Source of the DNA: Nitratifractor sp.
GTDB lineage: Bacteria > Campylobacterota > Campylobacteria > Campylobacterales > Sulfurovaceae
Direction of reading: 5' to 3'
Length of the DNA stretch: 64,000 nt
Assembly (NCBI GenBank): GCA_015491955.1
Contig: WGFZ01000067.1
Location: forward strand, 8,841-72,840
Below, piece after piece: positions 8,519 to 18,253 of the stretch (position 1 is its first letter; each line of letters starts with the position of its first letter). Below the pieces are notes generated by a model, which saw only the letters and a list, made by a program, of their open reading frames with translations, searched no databases and had not been told where the DNA came from. A program made the translations under genes and the position numbers.

Positions 8519-9631
8519 ATGACTCCTAATACAGATACTATAATTGAATACACAAAGTTAGCTATTTTATTCTTCTTTTCAGTATCTATATTAGGTATCT
8601 TTCTTCTTTTTATTATAAAAAGTACGATTCATAGATACTTTTATGTATTAAATCATCAAAAGGATATTTGGAGTAAAAGATTAAAAGCTTTAGATAGTAA
8701 AAAGATATTATCTATTGAACCACCTCCAAAAACTCTTAAAGATATTAAGGGCTTTGCAATGGCAATAGCTCAAAAAGAGATAGTTACTCCTTTGGAGTAT
8801 CGAAGAGCTTGTCTTTTAATTCGCCAATATAGTATTGATAGTAAACTAGTTCAAGCATATCAATCTACATATTTTAAATACCGCAAAGCATTTTTACTAT
8901 CCCTACTTGCTGACTTACCTTGTAATCGTGAGCAAGAGTTTTGTAAAGATATTATATTTGGTAAAAATAGTGAAGATTTTTACCATTTTGCTATATATGC
9001 TCTTAGTAAAAGTGTAATAGATATAAATGAAGCTCAAGAGTTTTTAGAGATTCTATCTCAAACAGCATCAGAGAATCATCTAGGTACACACTACTCTCAA
9101 CTACTTATATTTACAATATTAAAACACTTATCAATACAAAAGAGATATTCTCTAGTTGAAAAACTTTTAAAGAGTGATATTGATATTCTAATTATTAAAT
9201 ATATAGTAGAGGCTCTTGGACGCTTTCAAAATAGAGAGCTTAAGGATATATTGTTGATGATATATAACCATCACTGTAAAAATCCTGAGATTGTCTCAAG
9301 AACTATCCGCTCATTCTTCCTTTGTAAGATACAATCTTGTAATTTTATTAAAGATGTTATAGTCCGTCAAGAGATACCTATAAAGATAGTATGTGCTAAA
9401 TTTGGACTTGATATATGTAGTAGTGAAGATATATTTATAAAATTAATCTACTACTTTTTCGATAAGAACTATTATGTTAGACGTAATATATTTCAAGCTT
9501 GTCTGCGTCATAGAGTAGAACAAGATAAAATCATATATATAGTCAATACCAATTTCCCAGAAAAATCTTCGGATAAATTCTTCCAAGATATGATGAGTAT
9601 ATATGATATTCAAAGGATAACTTTTAAATGA
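8519..9631 (+). CDS. Membrane-anchored HEAT-repeat-like protein
   Basis: One N-terminal TM helix then alpha-solenoid-like sequence (IVEALGRF, FFDKNYYVRRN resembling HEAT D..W.VR); overlaps the GT2 start by 4 nt. Confidence 0.6.
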   Translation: MTPNTDTIIEYTKLAILFFFSVSILGIFLLFIIKSTIHRYFYVLNHQKDIWSKRLKALDSKKILSIEPPPKTLKDIKGFAMAIAQKEIVTPLEYRRACLLIRQYSIDSKLVQAYQSTYFKYRKAFLLSLLADLPCNREQEFCKDIIFGKNSEDFYHFAIYALSKSVIDINEAQEFLEILSQTASENHLGTHYSQLLIFTILKHLSIQKRYSLVEKLLKSDIDILIIKYIVEALGRFQNRELKDILLMIYNHHCKNPEIVSRTIRSFFLCKIQSCNFIKDVIVRQEIPIKIVCAKFGLDICSSEDIFIKLIYYFFDKNYYVRRNIFQACLRHRVEQDKIIYIVNTNFPEKSSDKFFQDMMSIYDIQRITFK

Positions 9632-11034
9632 TTAGTCATCACTTTATTTTAATTCTTCTTTTATCTCAAATTATCTATTTAATAAATCTCGTAGCAACAA
9701 ACCTTACATCTATGCTATTTATATTCTATACTCTACCAGAGATTATAGTACACTACTTTACAGAAAAGAGTGGACTTTTTAAGAGTTATATACGTAGTCA
9801 AACACATATACCTGTCTCAGTTTTGGTTCCAGCATACAATGAGGAGATTACAGTTGTAAATTCAGTTGCAAGCCTTTTAAATATTGACTTTAGTGAGTAT
9901 GAAGTTATTGTAATAAATGATGGTTCAAAAGATTCGACACTAGAAAGACTAATAGAAGCCTTTAGATTATATCCCATACCAACTATTCCCTATCTCCCAC
10001 TATCTCATGCTCCTATTCGTCAAGTATATCGCTCTAGTATATATAACAATTTAACTGTCGTAGATAAAGAAAATGGAGGTAAGGCAGACGCTTTAAATGT
10101 GGGAATCAATCTTAGCCATTATCCAATATTTTGTAGTCTTGATGCTGATACTATTTTAGAGAGAGATGCTCTATTAAAGACTACTCTACTCTTTGCTCAA
10201 GACAAAAGTATTATCTCTGCAGGAGGGTATATTGGAATCTCTAATGGCTCATCTTTTGATAAAAATCACAATGTAAAACTTGGATTACCATCAACTTTTA
10301 ATGAGAGAATGCAAATTGTTGAATATAGTCGAGGTTTCCTAGCAGGAAGAACCTTTTGGTCTGCAATTAATGGTCTATTGATTGTATCTGGTGCCTTTGG
10401 ACTATTTCGCAAAGATTTAGTAATGAAGATTGGGGGATATAGACACACAACAGGGGAGGATTTTGATTTAGTAATTAGAATGCGACGCTACTGTTATGAT
10501 AATAAGATTCCTCATAAAGTCTCTTTTATATCCGATATTATGTGCTGGACTCAAGCTCCTAGTGATTTTCAATCTCTTCTAAAACAAAGAAGTCGTTGGC
10601 AAAAAGGGCTTGTGGAGTGTCTATTTTACAATAAAAAGATGATATTTAACCCTAGATATGGAATTATAGGACTCTTTACACTACCATACTATCTTTTTAT
10701 TGAGGCTTTAAATCCTCTTATTACCTTTTTAGGCTCTATTACTGTATTTTTACTATATCTTGCAGGGTATATAAATCAAGATACTATTATTCTCTTTTTT
10801 ATGCTTGAGTTTGTTTGGGGAATGGCTCTTAATATATTCTCATTTTGGCTAAAGATATTTATTCAACACAGTTATCCATTTAATATTATTTTAAAATTTA
10901 TACTAGATAGTATGATTGAGCCTTTTTACTATAAACCTATGATTAAGATGGAGCAACTCATTGCTACTTTTACATTTTTAAATAGTGATTGGGGAGAGAT
11001 TAAACGGCAAAAGATAGGGGAAAATGATGATTGA
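9628..11034 (+). CDS. Processive family-2 glycosyltransferase (PgaC/IcaA-like synthase)
   Basis: VPAYNEE, NDGSKD, KENGGKADALN, DAD, GED, QRSRW motifs; N- and C-terminal TM helices. Confidence 0.9.
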   Translation: MISHHFILILLLSQIIYLINLVATNLTSMLFIFYTLPEIIVHYFTEKSGLFKSYIRSQTHIPVSVLVPAYNEEITVVNSVASLLNIDFSEYEVIVINDGSKDSTLERLIEAFRLYPIPTIPYLPLSHAPIRQVYRSSIYNNLTVVDKENGGKADALNVGINLSHYPIFCSLDADTILERDALLKTTLLFAQDKSIISAGGYIGISNGSSFDKNHNVKLGLPSTFNERMQIVEYSRGFLAGRTFWSAINGLLIVSGAFGLFRKDLVMKIGGYRHTTGEDFDLVIRMRRYCYDNKIPHKVSFISDIMCWTQAPSDFQSLLKQRSRWQKGLVECLFYNKKMIFNPRYGIIGLFTLPYYLFIEALNPLITFLGSITVFLLYLAGYINQDTIILFFMLEFVWGMALNIFSFWLKIFIQHSYPFNIILKFILDSMIEPFYYKPMIKMEQLIATFTFLNSDWGEIKRQKIGENDD

Positions 11035-11512
11035 TAAACTGTTATCAAAGATTTTTCGCTTTTTACTATTTATATCATTTATGTCATATTTTATAGTAGC
11101 TATTTTAGTAAATATGGCACGTATTGAACTACATACTCACCCTCTACGTCTTCTAAATCTTGAAAAGGTAGAGTGTAATAGGGATAATACTATATGTATA
11201 GGAAGCTATCCCGATAAAAAATTACTTCAAACATATCACCCAAAAACTGTTATATCAATCTTAAATCCAAAAATTCCATTTTTTAGAGAATTGACATCAA
11301 GAGAAAAAGAGTACTGTAAAGAGTTAGGAATAGATTTTATCTCTATCCCTATATCATTTTTTACAAACCAAACAGATACATATTATGATTTAAAAGACTT
11401 ACTTAATACCAAAGGTATAAAAAAGCCTATATATCTACATGGCTATCTACTTGATCACAGACTTAAAACTATTGAGCATAGAGTAATCATGAAGAGCAAA
11501 ACCATCAAATGA
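11024..11512 (+). CDS. Membrane-anchored protein with degenerate dual-specificity/tyrosine phosphatase fold
   Basis: TM helix then IGSYP...TVISIL...EKEYCKELGIDFISIPI...PIYLHGYLLDHR (HCx5R position with Cys to Gly). Confidence 0.55.
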   Translation: MMIDKLLSKIFRFLLFISFMSYFIVAILVNMARIELHTHPLRLLNLEKVECNRDNTICIGSYPDKKLLQTYHPKTVISILNPKIPFFRELTSREKEYCKELGIDFISIPISFFTNQTDTYYDLKDLLNTKGIKKPIYLHGYLLDHRLKTIEHRVIMKSKTIK

Positions 11513-12802
11513 GCTAAAGGGAGGTTTTAGAGATAATAGTTTTTCAAGAGCTTTTGGGTGTTTTGAGACACTAATAGTAGAACCATTTATAGTAAAACTA
11601 TTTAGTAGTTTAAGTGTTTGACATCTTTTATAAAAATTTTGCTCAACTATACAAGGGGTCTCATTATATATACCATATATAGTATGCTTTTGTGTTGGTA
11701 TTGGACGAAGCTCAATTCCCATAGCTACAGGTCTATTTAGTATTTCACCCCATCTCAACGTATCTAATGATATTTTCAAAAACTCTCTAGGATTAGAGCG
11801 ATAACTCATTAAAACAACCTCATCAACACTCTCTAAAAGTTGTGGAAGCAGTAGCTTATCTTTCAACTTAATTCCATCAAGCCAAAATGGTATAACCATA
11901 CAAAAGCGTAATCCTTTTGAACTTGTCCATCTATGAATTATCTTTACCATATTTAGATAACGTCCCCATACCTTTTGAGGATTAACTAAAAAATCTTTTA
12001 GCAAATATGGTTCTACATCAAGCTGAATACCCTTTATAGTATCTAATTTTAATTTTGAGAAACTATCAATTAAAGCTTGAGGATTATTAATATCTGAGGG
12101 TGAACCATTTAGAGCATATACTTCAGGAGGATTTTTCATCTTTGATAATCTCTTTAATGCAACTGAAAAATCTTTTCCAACTTGGAGATAAATACGATTA
12201 ATTTTAGCACTATCTATAAGATTAGAGTCTAACTCTCTTGCATTCCATACCCAAACAGAACGCTTATATCTCTTTTCTTCCAATTTAAGAGAGGGAGAAC
12301 TCTTTTTAAAGATAATATCTAATCTACTAGGCTTTTCCTCTGTCAAGACAACTACATATTTAAGCTCTTGTAGGTCTATACCCTTCATATTTGGATTTAG
12401 CTTAATCTTATAACTATTATGAGCTATAATCCTATTACTCTCTTTTGAGGCTAATTTGCTATCAGCAAGAGCTATATTAAAGTGTTTAACATCGGTATCT
12501 ATATCCAATTCATTATAAGCAGTAGCATCAAATTTTTGATGGTTTTTAGATAAATCAATTAGATAAAAAGAGCCATATTTACCTTTAAAATGTTTAGCTT
12601 TACTAAAAATCATTTTGGGAAAATCACCTCTATAGAATCTATCTTCTTGAACTGGAACAATCCATTTACTATTAGCAGTAGATACCACCTCTATCTTATC
12701 TCCGTTATGGGATATAAAAGGTACTTTTAGTAGTTCACTACCCTCTAATAGGAAGAAAAAAGAGGATATAAATATCAAGAAGATGGTACGGGAAATATCC
12801 AT
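11447..12802 (-). CDS. Secreted protein with C-terminal GH18-like TIM-barrel domain (putative glycoside hydrolase)
   Basis: Signal peptide; SVWVW, RIYLQ, VYALNG, GIQLDVEPY (DxE), VVLMSYR, GFALHDY strand pattern. Confidence 0.55.
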   Translation of the reverse strand: MDISRTIFLIFISSFFFLLEGSELLKVPFISHNGDKIEVVSTANSKWIVPVQEDRFYRGDFPKMIFSKAKHFKGKYGSFYLIDLSKNHQKFDATAYNELDIDTDVKHFNIALADSKLASKESNRIIAHNSYKIKLNPNMKGIDLQELKYVVVLTEEKPSRLDIIFKKSSPSLKLEEKRYKRSVWVWNARELDSNLIDSAKINRIYLQVGKDFSVALKRLSKMKNPPEVYALNGSPSDINNPQALIDSFSKLKLDTIKGIQLDVEPYLLKDFLVNPQKVWGRYLNMVKIIHRWTSSKGLRFCMVIPFWLDGIKLKDKLLLPQLLESVDEVVLMSYRSNPREFLKISLDTLRWGEILNRPVAMGIELRPIPTQKHTIYGIYNETPCIVEQNFYKRCQTLKLLNSFTINGSTISVSKHPKALEKLLSLKPPFSSFDGFALHDYSMLNSFKSVIK

Positions 12803-14676
12803 CTATTAATTCCTTTCTTTAGTTTTAGAACGATTCTACCATTTTTAATATAATACCCTTTGCCTTTTTTATCTAACCAATGCCAACCAAAAGGCTCAAG
12901 AGCCAATTCAAAACTCTTAGGACTCCAAAGAGTAATCTCTACATCTTTAGATGTAATTTTATAGTGAAAGACTACTCTATCTCTATAATCCCAAAATCTA
13001 CCATAGGCTCCCATATTAAACACTCCAACATCTTTTGGAAGTCCCTCTAAAAACTTTTTCAAAAAATCTAAATCAAAGTTTTTCAACTTCCACCATGTAA
13101 GGTCTGGATGTATAAGGACTGGAAACATTCCACCATTTTCAGCAATTTTATTAACTAGTCTAAGAGCTTGACCTGTACGAAAAACAAGTGGTGGAAATTT
13201 TTCATCTTCATAAACAAGTGGAAATTCCCAAATTTTACTAGGTCTTCTAAGTTTATAGTAGTCATACATATATCTATATGGGAAATAGCTTAAAATATCC
13301 TCTGCACTCAAACAAGATGAGTATCTATAACCAAAACGCTCCATAACTTCAGGAAGAGCCTTATTATAAAGAAGTTCACCACTTCTAAAGGTAACTAGTT
13401 TTTTGATTCCAGCTCCAAGTAGAAGCTCTTTTGATACTTTCAATTCTCCACAAACTGTAGGATTTCCACTATCTTGAGTATAACTTATAGAAAATGGTCT
13501 ATATATTGGATATGACTCTTTACAAGTTCCTTTTGGAAACTTATCAAAATTTGCACTATGTTCAACAGTATGAGAGCCCATCTCAAATCCAAGTTTTTGA
13601 GCCTCTAAGAGGTTTCCTAAATATTTAGAGTAGAAAAATGGAACATCTTTATCGTCTTTTAGATACTTTGTCCATATATTATAAGTTGCTGATACACCCT
13701 CTTTACGCTCTAGCTCATAAAACTTTTTCATATTAACAATTGAATCAATAAAATCTACATCATGAGTTATCATTACTGTAGCTTTGTAGTATTTAGGAGC
13801 TGTAGAGAGTGTAAATCCACGCTTTAAAATCTTTTGATAGAGTCCTTTTAAAAATAGAGGTACAAAATCACTAAATGGCTCAAAGTGATTGATATATACC
13901 CTATTTGCATCAAAATCTCTTCCTACAAGATTACGAAAACGCAATGAGTATAGATGAAGTCCCAATAAAATCACTCTACCCTTCCCTACTTTATGGGAGC
14001 TAATAGCAACTGAGTTATCTTCATAAAAGGCTAAAGGTTTACTATCTTTTTTTAATACTAGTGTGTTACTCCATATTTTTCCAGGAGATGAAGCCATACG
14101 GTACTTCTTCTCTTCTGGACGATTAAAATATTTAAAATATGGACTCTTAGCAAGAATTAACTCTGTGTGTTTTCTTGTAGGTATAACTTTTTTAAGACCA
14201 AAAAAGTTTAGAAAATTAAAATCAAAATCCTCATCATCTTCATCTAAATATCCTAAGAATCCACTATCTGATACAATCACTCCACCATTTTTTAGATAAG
14301 TTTCAAGAAAATTTAACTCCTTTTCACTAAACTCTGGTAAATCATCAGGATCAACACTTAAAAGTAAAATTTTAGTACCATTTGCATCAGTTAGTTTTTT
14401 ACATCTATAGTTTGCTATCCCCATTGTTTGAAGAATCTCACCTGTTTGGAAAGGGTGTTTATCTGAAAAGTAGGCAACAATAGAAGAATCTGGAGTGAAA
14501 GCTCTAACTTTTCGCTCCGCTAGATAGCTTACTGGCTTTGCCTCTTTTGTCTTTAGTCCAAAGGCAAAATCTGGAGCTGTACTCCATAATCCTTTTATAA
14601 GTGCATAAAGGAGCCAAAATATTAAAATTAACTGTAATATTCTAAAAAACTGTTTTAAATTAGCTTTTGATTTCAT
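12775..14676 (-). CDS. Polysaccharide deacetylase (CE4/NodB-like) with N-terminal glutamine-amidotransferase-like (trimerisation-type) domain
   Basis: ITHDVD, EMGSHTVEH, TFRSG, VLIHP motifs; YLKNGGVIV and KVGKGRVILLG GATase-like motifs; N-terminal TM; start set to ATG 14676 after GAGGT SD. Confidence 0.75.
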   Translation of the reverse strand: MKSKANLKQFFRILQLILIFWLLYALIKGLWSTAPDFAFGLKTKEAKPVSYLAERKVRAFTPDSSIVAYFSDKHPFQTGEILQTMGIANYRCKKLTDANGTKILLLSVDPDDLPEFSEKELNFLETYLKNGGVIVSDSGFLGYLDEDDEDFDFNFLNFFGLKKVIPTRKHTELILAKSPYFKYFNRPEEKKYRMASSPGKIWSNTLVLKKDSKPLAFYEDNSVAISSHKVGKGRVILLGLHLYSLRFRNLVGRDFDANRVYINHFEPFSDFVPLFLKGLYQKILKRGFTLSTAPKYYKATVMITHDVDFIDSIVNMKKFYELERKEGVSATYNIWTKYLKDDKDVPFFYSKYLGNLLEAQKLGFEMGSHTVEHSANFDKFPKGTCKESYPIYRPFSISYTQDSGNPTVCGELKVSKELLLGAGIKKLVTFRSGELLYNKALPEVMERFGYRYSSCLSAEDILSYFPYRYMYDYYKLRRPSKIWEFPLVYEDEKFPPLVFRTGQALRLVNKIAENGGMFPVLIHPDLTWWKLKNFDLDFLKKFLEGLPKDVGVFNMGAYGRFWDYRDRVVFHYKITSKDVEITLWSPKSFELALEPFGWHWLDKKGKGYYIKNGRIVLKLKKGINRWIFPVPSS

Positions 14677-14678
14677 TG

Positions 14679-15803
14679 TTATAACCTCTCTTTTCGTACC
14701 CATTTCCAAAAGAGTCTATCGGGATTTATCCTTGAATCAATAGGCTCTCCTTTTAGAATATATTGGCTCAACTTATGGGCTATAAATGGAGCAAAGACAA
14801 ATCCACGTCCACCCAAACCATTTAAGATATATAGATTTTTATAGTGTTTAAGAGGTACTTTAGCCCCTTTTGTAATAGCTGGATACTCACTTAACATTGT
14901 AGATACATCAACTATAGAGCCTACAATAGGAAAATGGTCTCGACTTGTTGAACGCATACCACAAAAGGTCTCAATAAGCTCAAAATCATCTCTTTTAGTA
15001 AGCTCTTTAGCTTTGGCTTCTAAATTAGCAAGAGGACGACCATCACAAGATAGACAAGGAGTCGGTGATTTTATATGAGTTGCACCTATTTTAATAGTTC
15101 CATTACGATTTGAGGATATAGAAAAATCTTTATGAATACTAATAGGTAGTTCTAAAGAGCTTTTATAATCCCCTCGACTACCCCAAAGTCCCTTTATTCC
15201 CATATAACGTATATCTAAAAGATTACTCTCGTATCCTGTTGCTAATACTACATCTTTAGCCTCTATAGATTCTCTATCTCCAATAATACTCCATACTCCA
15301 TCTTTAAACTCTAAAGACTCTACATTCATTTGATGAATATCTATACTATCTACTAGCTCTTTACACAAATCTTGTGCATCTATATCACCAGCCTCTGGGA
15401 AAAAAAAGCCTAAAGATACATTATCAATTCCAATCTCTTTAATCTTAGACTTTTGCCATATTTCACAAGGAGTATAGTTATATTTCTCATAAATTTTAAA
15501 ACGTTTTTCATCTTCACTATTTTTGGGAATCCTCAAGACCCCATCGGTATGAAAAAATTTAGGAAATCTATCTCTATAAAATTTTTGAGAAAAGAAGAAG
15601 GCTTCATTTGTAAACTCTTGAAGAGAACTATCTTTGCCAATCTTAGGAGAGATAAATGCTCCAGCACAACCACTCCCACCAGTAGCTGGGATAGAACTCC
15701 TATCAATAAGAACTACTTTAGCACCTGCTTCTTTTAAGAAGTAGGCACTCATCAATCCAGCAACTCCAGCTCCAATAACACAAATCACATTCAAACCTTC
15801 CAA
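14679..15803 (-). CDS. FAD-dependent oxidoreductase, stand-alone MnmC C-terminal-like domain
   Basis: IGAGVAG, GGSG..GA, RSTSRDHFPIVG, GLGGRGFVFAP; start may be GTG 15788. Confidence 0.8.
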   Translation of the reverse strand: MEGLNVICVIGAGVAGLMSAYFLKEAGAKVVLIDRSSIPATGGSGCAGAFISPKIGKDSSLQEFTNEAFFFSQKFYRDRFPKFFHTDGVLRIPKNSEDEKRFKIYEKYNYTPCEIWQKSKIKEIGIDNVSLGFFFPEAGDIDAQDLCKELVDSIDIHQMNVESLEFKDGVWSIIGDRESIEAKDVVLATGYESNLLDIRYMGIKGLWGSRGDYKSSLELPISIHKDFSISSNRNGTIKIGATHIKSPTPCLSCDGRPLANLEAKAKELTKRDDFELIETFCGMRSTSRDHFPIVGSIVDVSTMLSEYPAITKGAKVPLKHYKNLYILNGLGGRGFVFAPFIAHKLSQYILKGEPIDSRINPDRLFWKWVRKERL

Positions 15804-15826
15804 TGTAGCTAGAGAGTAGATAAATT

Positions 15827-17164
15827 TTAGAGAATATATCTTGTAGTATCCTCATTTTCTACCAATGCTTCTAATTTACTCTCAATATGAGATACATCTA
15901 TGGATACTTTTTGCCCTTTATACTCATCTGCCTCAAAACTCAAATCCTCTAAAATCTTCTCCATAACAGTATGAAGTCTTCTAGCTCCAATATCTTCAGT
16001 TTTTTCATTAGCAAGTGCTGAGTATTTTGCAATTGCATGTAGAGCCTCTTCTTCAAACTCCAACTCAACACCTTCAACTCTGATTAGGGCTTGATACTGC
16101 TTTATGAGTGAATTTTTTGGCTCAGTTAAGATACGATATAGAGAGTCCTCATCAAGAGAACTTAACTCTACTCTTAGAGGAAAACGTCCCTGAAGCTCAG
16201 GAATTAAATCGCTTGGTTTACTTATATGAAAAGCTCCAGCTGAGATAAATAGAATATGGTCTGTACGAACTTGACCTATTTTTGTACTAACTGTTGAACC
16301 CTCAACTATTGGTAAAAGATCCCTTTGCACACCCTCTTTACTAGGGTCTTGCCTACTTGAAGCATTTGATGCAACCGCAATCTTATCAATCTCATCAATA
16401 AAGACTATTCCACCTTGCTCTACTTTTTCAATTGCTAACTCTTTGAGTTTCTCCTCATCAAGAAGCTCTTGACTCGCCTCAGTAGCTAAAATTTTACGTG
16501 CCTCTTTTATACTTAACTCTTTTTTCTTTCCCTTCTTACCAATTCCACCAAGGACTTTGGCAATAGACTCTTGAACATTAGCCATCTCAGGTGGTACATT
16601 TCCTCCAACTATCTCAACACTTGGAGGGGGAAGTTCCACTTCAATCTTTAGATGGTCTAACTCTCCACGCTCTAACTTCTCTTGCATTCTAGCAAAAGAG
16701 GCATCATACTCTTTACGTTTTTGTTCACTAGCTCCTTGAGGAAGAGGAGGTAGGAGTTTTTCTATAATTTTATTTTCAATATAGGCTTCAATCTTCTCTT
16801 GATTTTTCTCATTCTCCTCATCTCTCACTAACTGAAGTGCAATCAATGTTAAATCTCTAATAATTGACTCTACATCACGCCCAACAAAGCCAACTTCAGT
16901 AAATTTACTAGCTTCAACTTTGACAAAGGGTAGCTTCATCATTCTTGCTAAACGTCTTGATATTTCAGTCTTACCAACACCAGTACTCCCAATCATCAAA
17001 ATATTTTTTGGAGTTACTTCACGTCTCATCTCTTCATCAAGACGCATTCTACGCCATCTATTACGCAAGGCAATAGCAATAGTCTTTTTAGCCTTATCTT
17101 GTCCAATTACATAACGGTCAAGATATTCAACAATCTCTTTAGGTGTGAGTGTCTGTTCTATCAC
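15827..17164 (-). CDS. hslU: ATP-dependent protease ATPase subunit HslU
   Basis: [38 protein letters not shown]. Confidence 0.97.
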   Translation of the reverse strand: MIEQTLTPKEIVEYLDRYVIGQDKAKKTIAIALRNRWRRMRLDEEMRREVTPKNILMIGSTGVGKTEISRRLARMMKLPFVKVEASKFTEVGFVGRDVESIIRDLTLIALQLVRDEENEKNQEKIEAYIENKIIEKLLPPLPQGASEQKRKEYDASFARMQEKLERGELDHLKIEVELPPPSVEIVGGNVPPEMANVQESIAKVLGGIGKKGKKKELSIKEARKILATEASQELLDEEKLKELAIEKVEQGGIVFIDEIDKIAVASNASSRQDPSKEGVQRDLLPIVEGSTVSTKIGQVRTDHILFISAGAFHISKPSDLIPELQGRFPLRVELSSLDEDSLYRILTEPKNSLIKQYQALIRVEGVELEFEEEALHAIAKYSALANEKTEDIGARRLHTVMEKILEDLSFEADEYKGQKVSIDVSHIESKLEALVENEDTTRYIL

Positions 17165-17697
17165 GGTTTAAGCTCCAGAAGTTTAATATTAGTATTTGTA
17201 TAGATACATAGCTCTCCAGCAATTTGGAGACTCTCTTTTACCAATGTTGCTGGGTCGAGATTACTATGACGAGCTAATGCTCTTGCACTTGAAAGGGCAA
17301 AATTCCCTCCACTTCCAATTGCAGCAATTTTCCCATCTTCTGGTTCTACAACATCACCAGTTCCAGATAAAATAAATATATGTGATTTATTGAGTACCAA
17401 CATCATAGCTTCAAGTTGTCTAAGGTGTTTATCTTGTCTCCACTGTTTAGAAAACTCTATAACTGATTTAAGTAGGTCTCCCTTCTTCTCATTTAATATA
17501 CCCTCAAACATATCAAAAAGTGTAAAGGCATCAGCAGTACTCCCTGCAAATCCTCCTAAGATTTCTCCATTGTGAAGAGTACGAATCTTTGTGGCATTTC
17601 CCTTTAATATAGTATTACCAAAAGTAACTTGTCCATCACCACCAATAACGGCGTGATTATCACCTTTATAGGCTAAAATTGTTGTTGCATCAAACAT
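17161..17697 (-). CDS. hslV: ATP-dependent protease peptidase subunit HslV
   Basis: ATTI N-terminal Thr, GDGQVT, FAGSTAD, IGSGG. Confidence 0.97.
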   Translation of the reverse strand: MFDATTILAYKGDNHAVIGGDGQVTFGNTILKGNATKIRTLHNGEILGGFAGSTADAFTLFDMFEGILNEKKGDLLKSVIEFSKQWRQDKHLRQLEAMMLVLNKSHIFILSGTGDVVEPEDGKIAAIGSGGNFALSSARALARHSNLDPATLVKESLQIAGELCIYTNTNIKLLELKP

Positions 17698-17700
17698 ATA

Positions 17701-18150
17701 TTAGCCCTCAACTGCGACAACATTTACTTTAGCATTGGCATTAATACCGTGTCCTAGTTTAATTTCAATACTATGAACTCCCTCAGATTTAAGAGCCTTT
17801 TTTAATATGATTTTATGTTTATCAATATCAAATCCCAACTGCTCTTTAATCGCTTTGGATATATCATTATTTGTAACTGAACCACGAATACCAATAGGAG
17901 CTGATGGTTTTTGAATAGTAATCTCTACAGATTCAATCTTCTCTTTCTCCTTACCAAGACGCTCCATCTCAGATGCTCTTTGTGCCTCAATTCTCTCTTG
18001 TTCAGCTTTCCAATCTTCAATAACCTTAGGTGTAGCAACCTTTGCCAATCCTTTAGCTACAAGGAAATTTTGACCATAACCATCTTTTACCTCTTTAATA
18101 TCACCAACTTTACCTAAATTTTTAACATCTTTTATAAGTAGTACTTTCAT
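17701..18150 (-). CDS. rplI: 50S ribosomal protein L9
   Basis: [30 protein letters not shown]. Confidence 0.97.
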   Translation of the reverse strand: MKVLLIKDVKNLGKVGDIKEVKDGYGQNFLVAKGLAKVATPKVIEDWKAEQERIEAQRASEMERLGKEKEKIESVEITIQKPSAPIGIRGSVTNNDISKAIKEQLGFDIDKHKIILKKALKSEGVHSIEIKLGHGINANAKVNVVAVEG

Positions 18151-18253
18151 TTTATATCCTTTATATAAACTCTAATTTAAGTTAGAAAAAAAATTATCTA
18201 ATATTTTATCTAAATTAAAATAGCTTACTTTAATGAATAGCATTTACTCCTAT

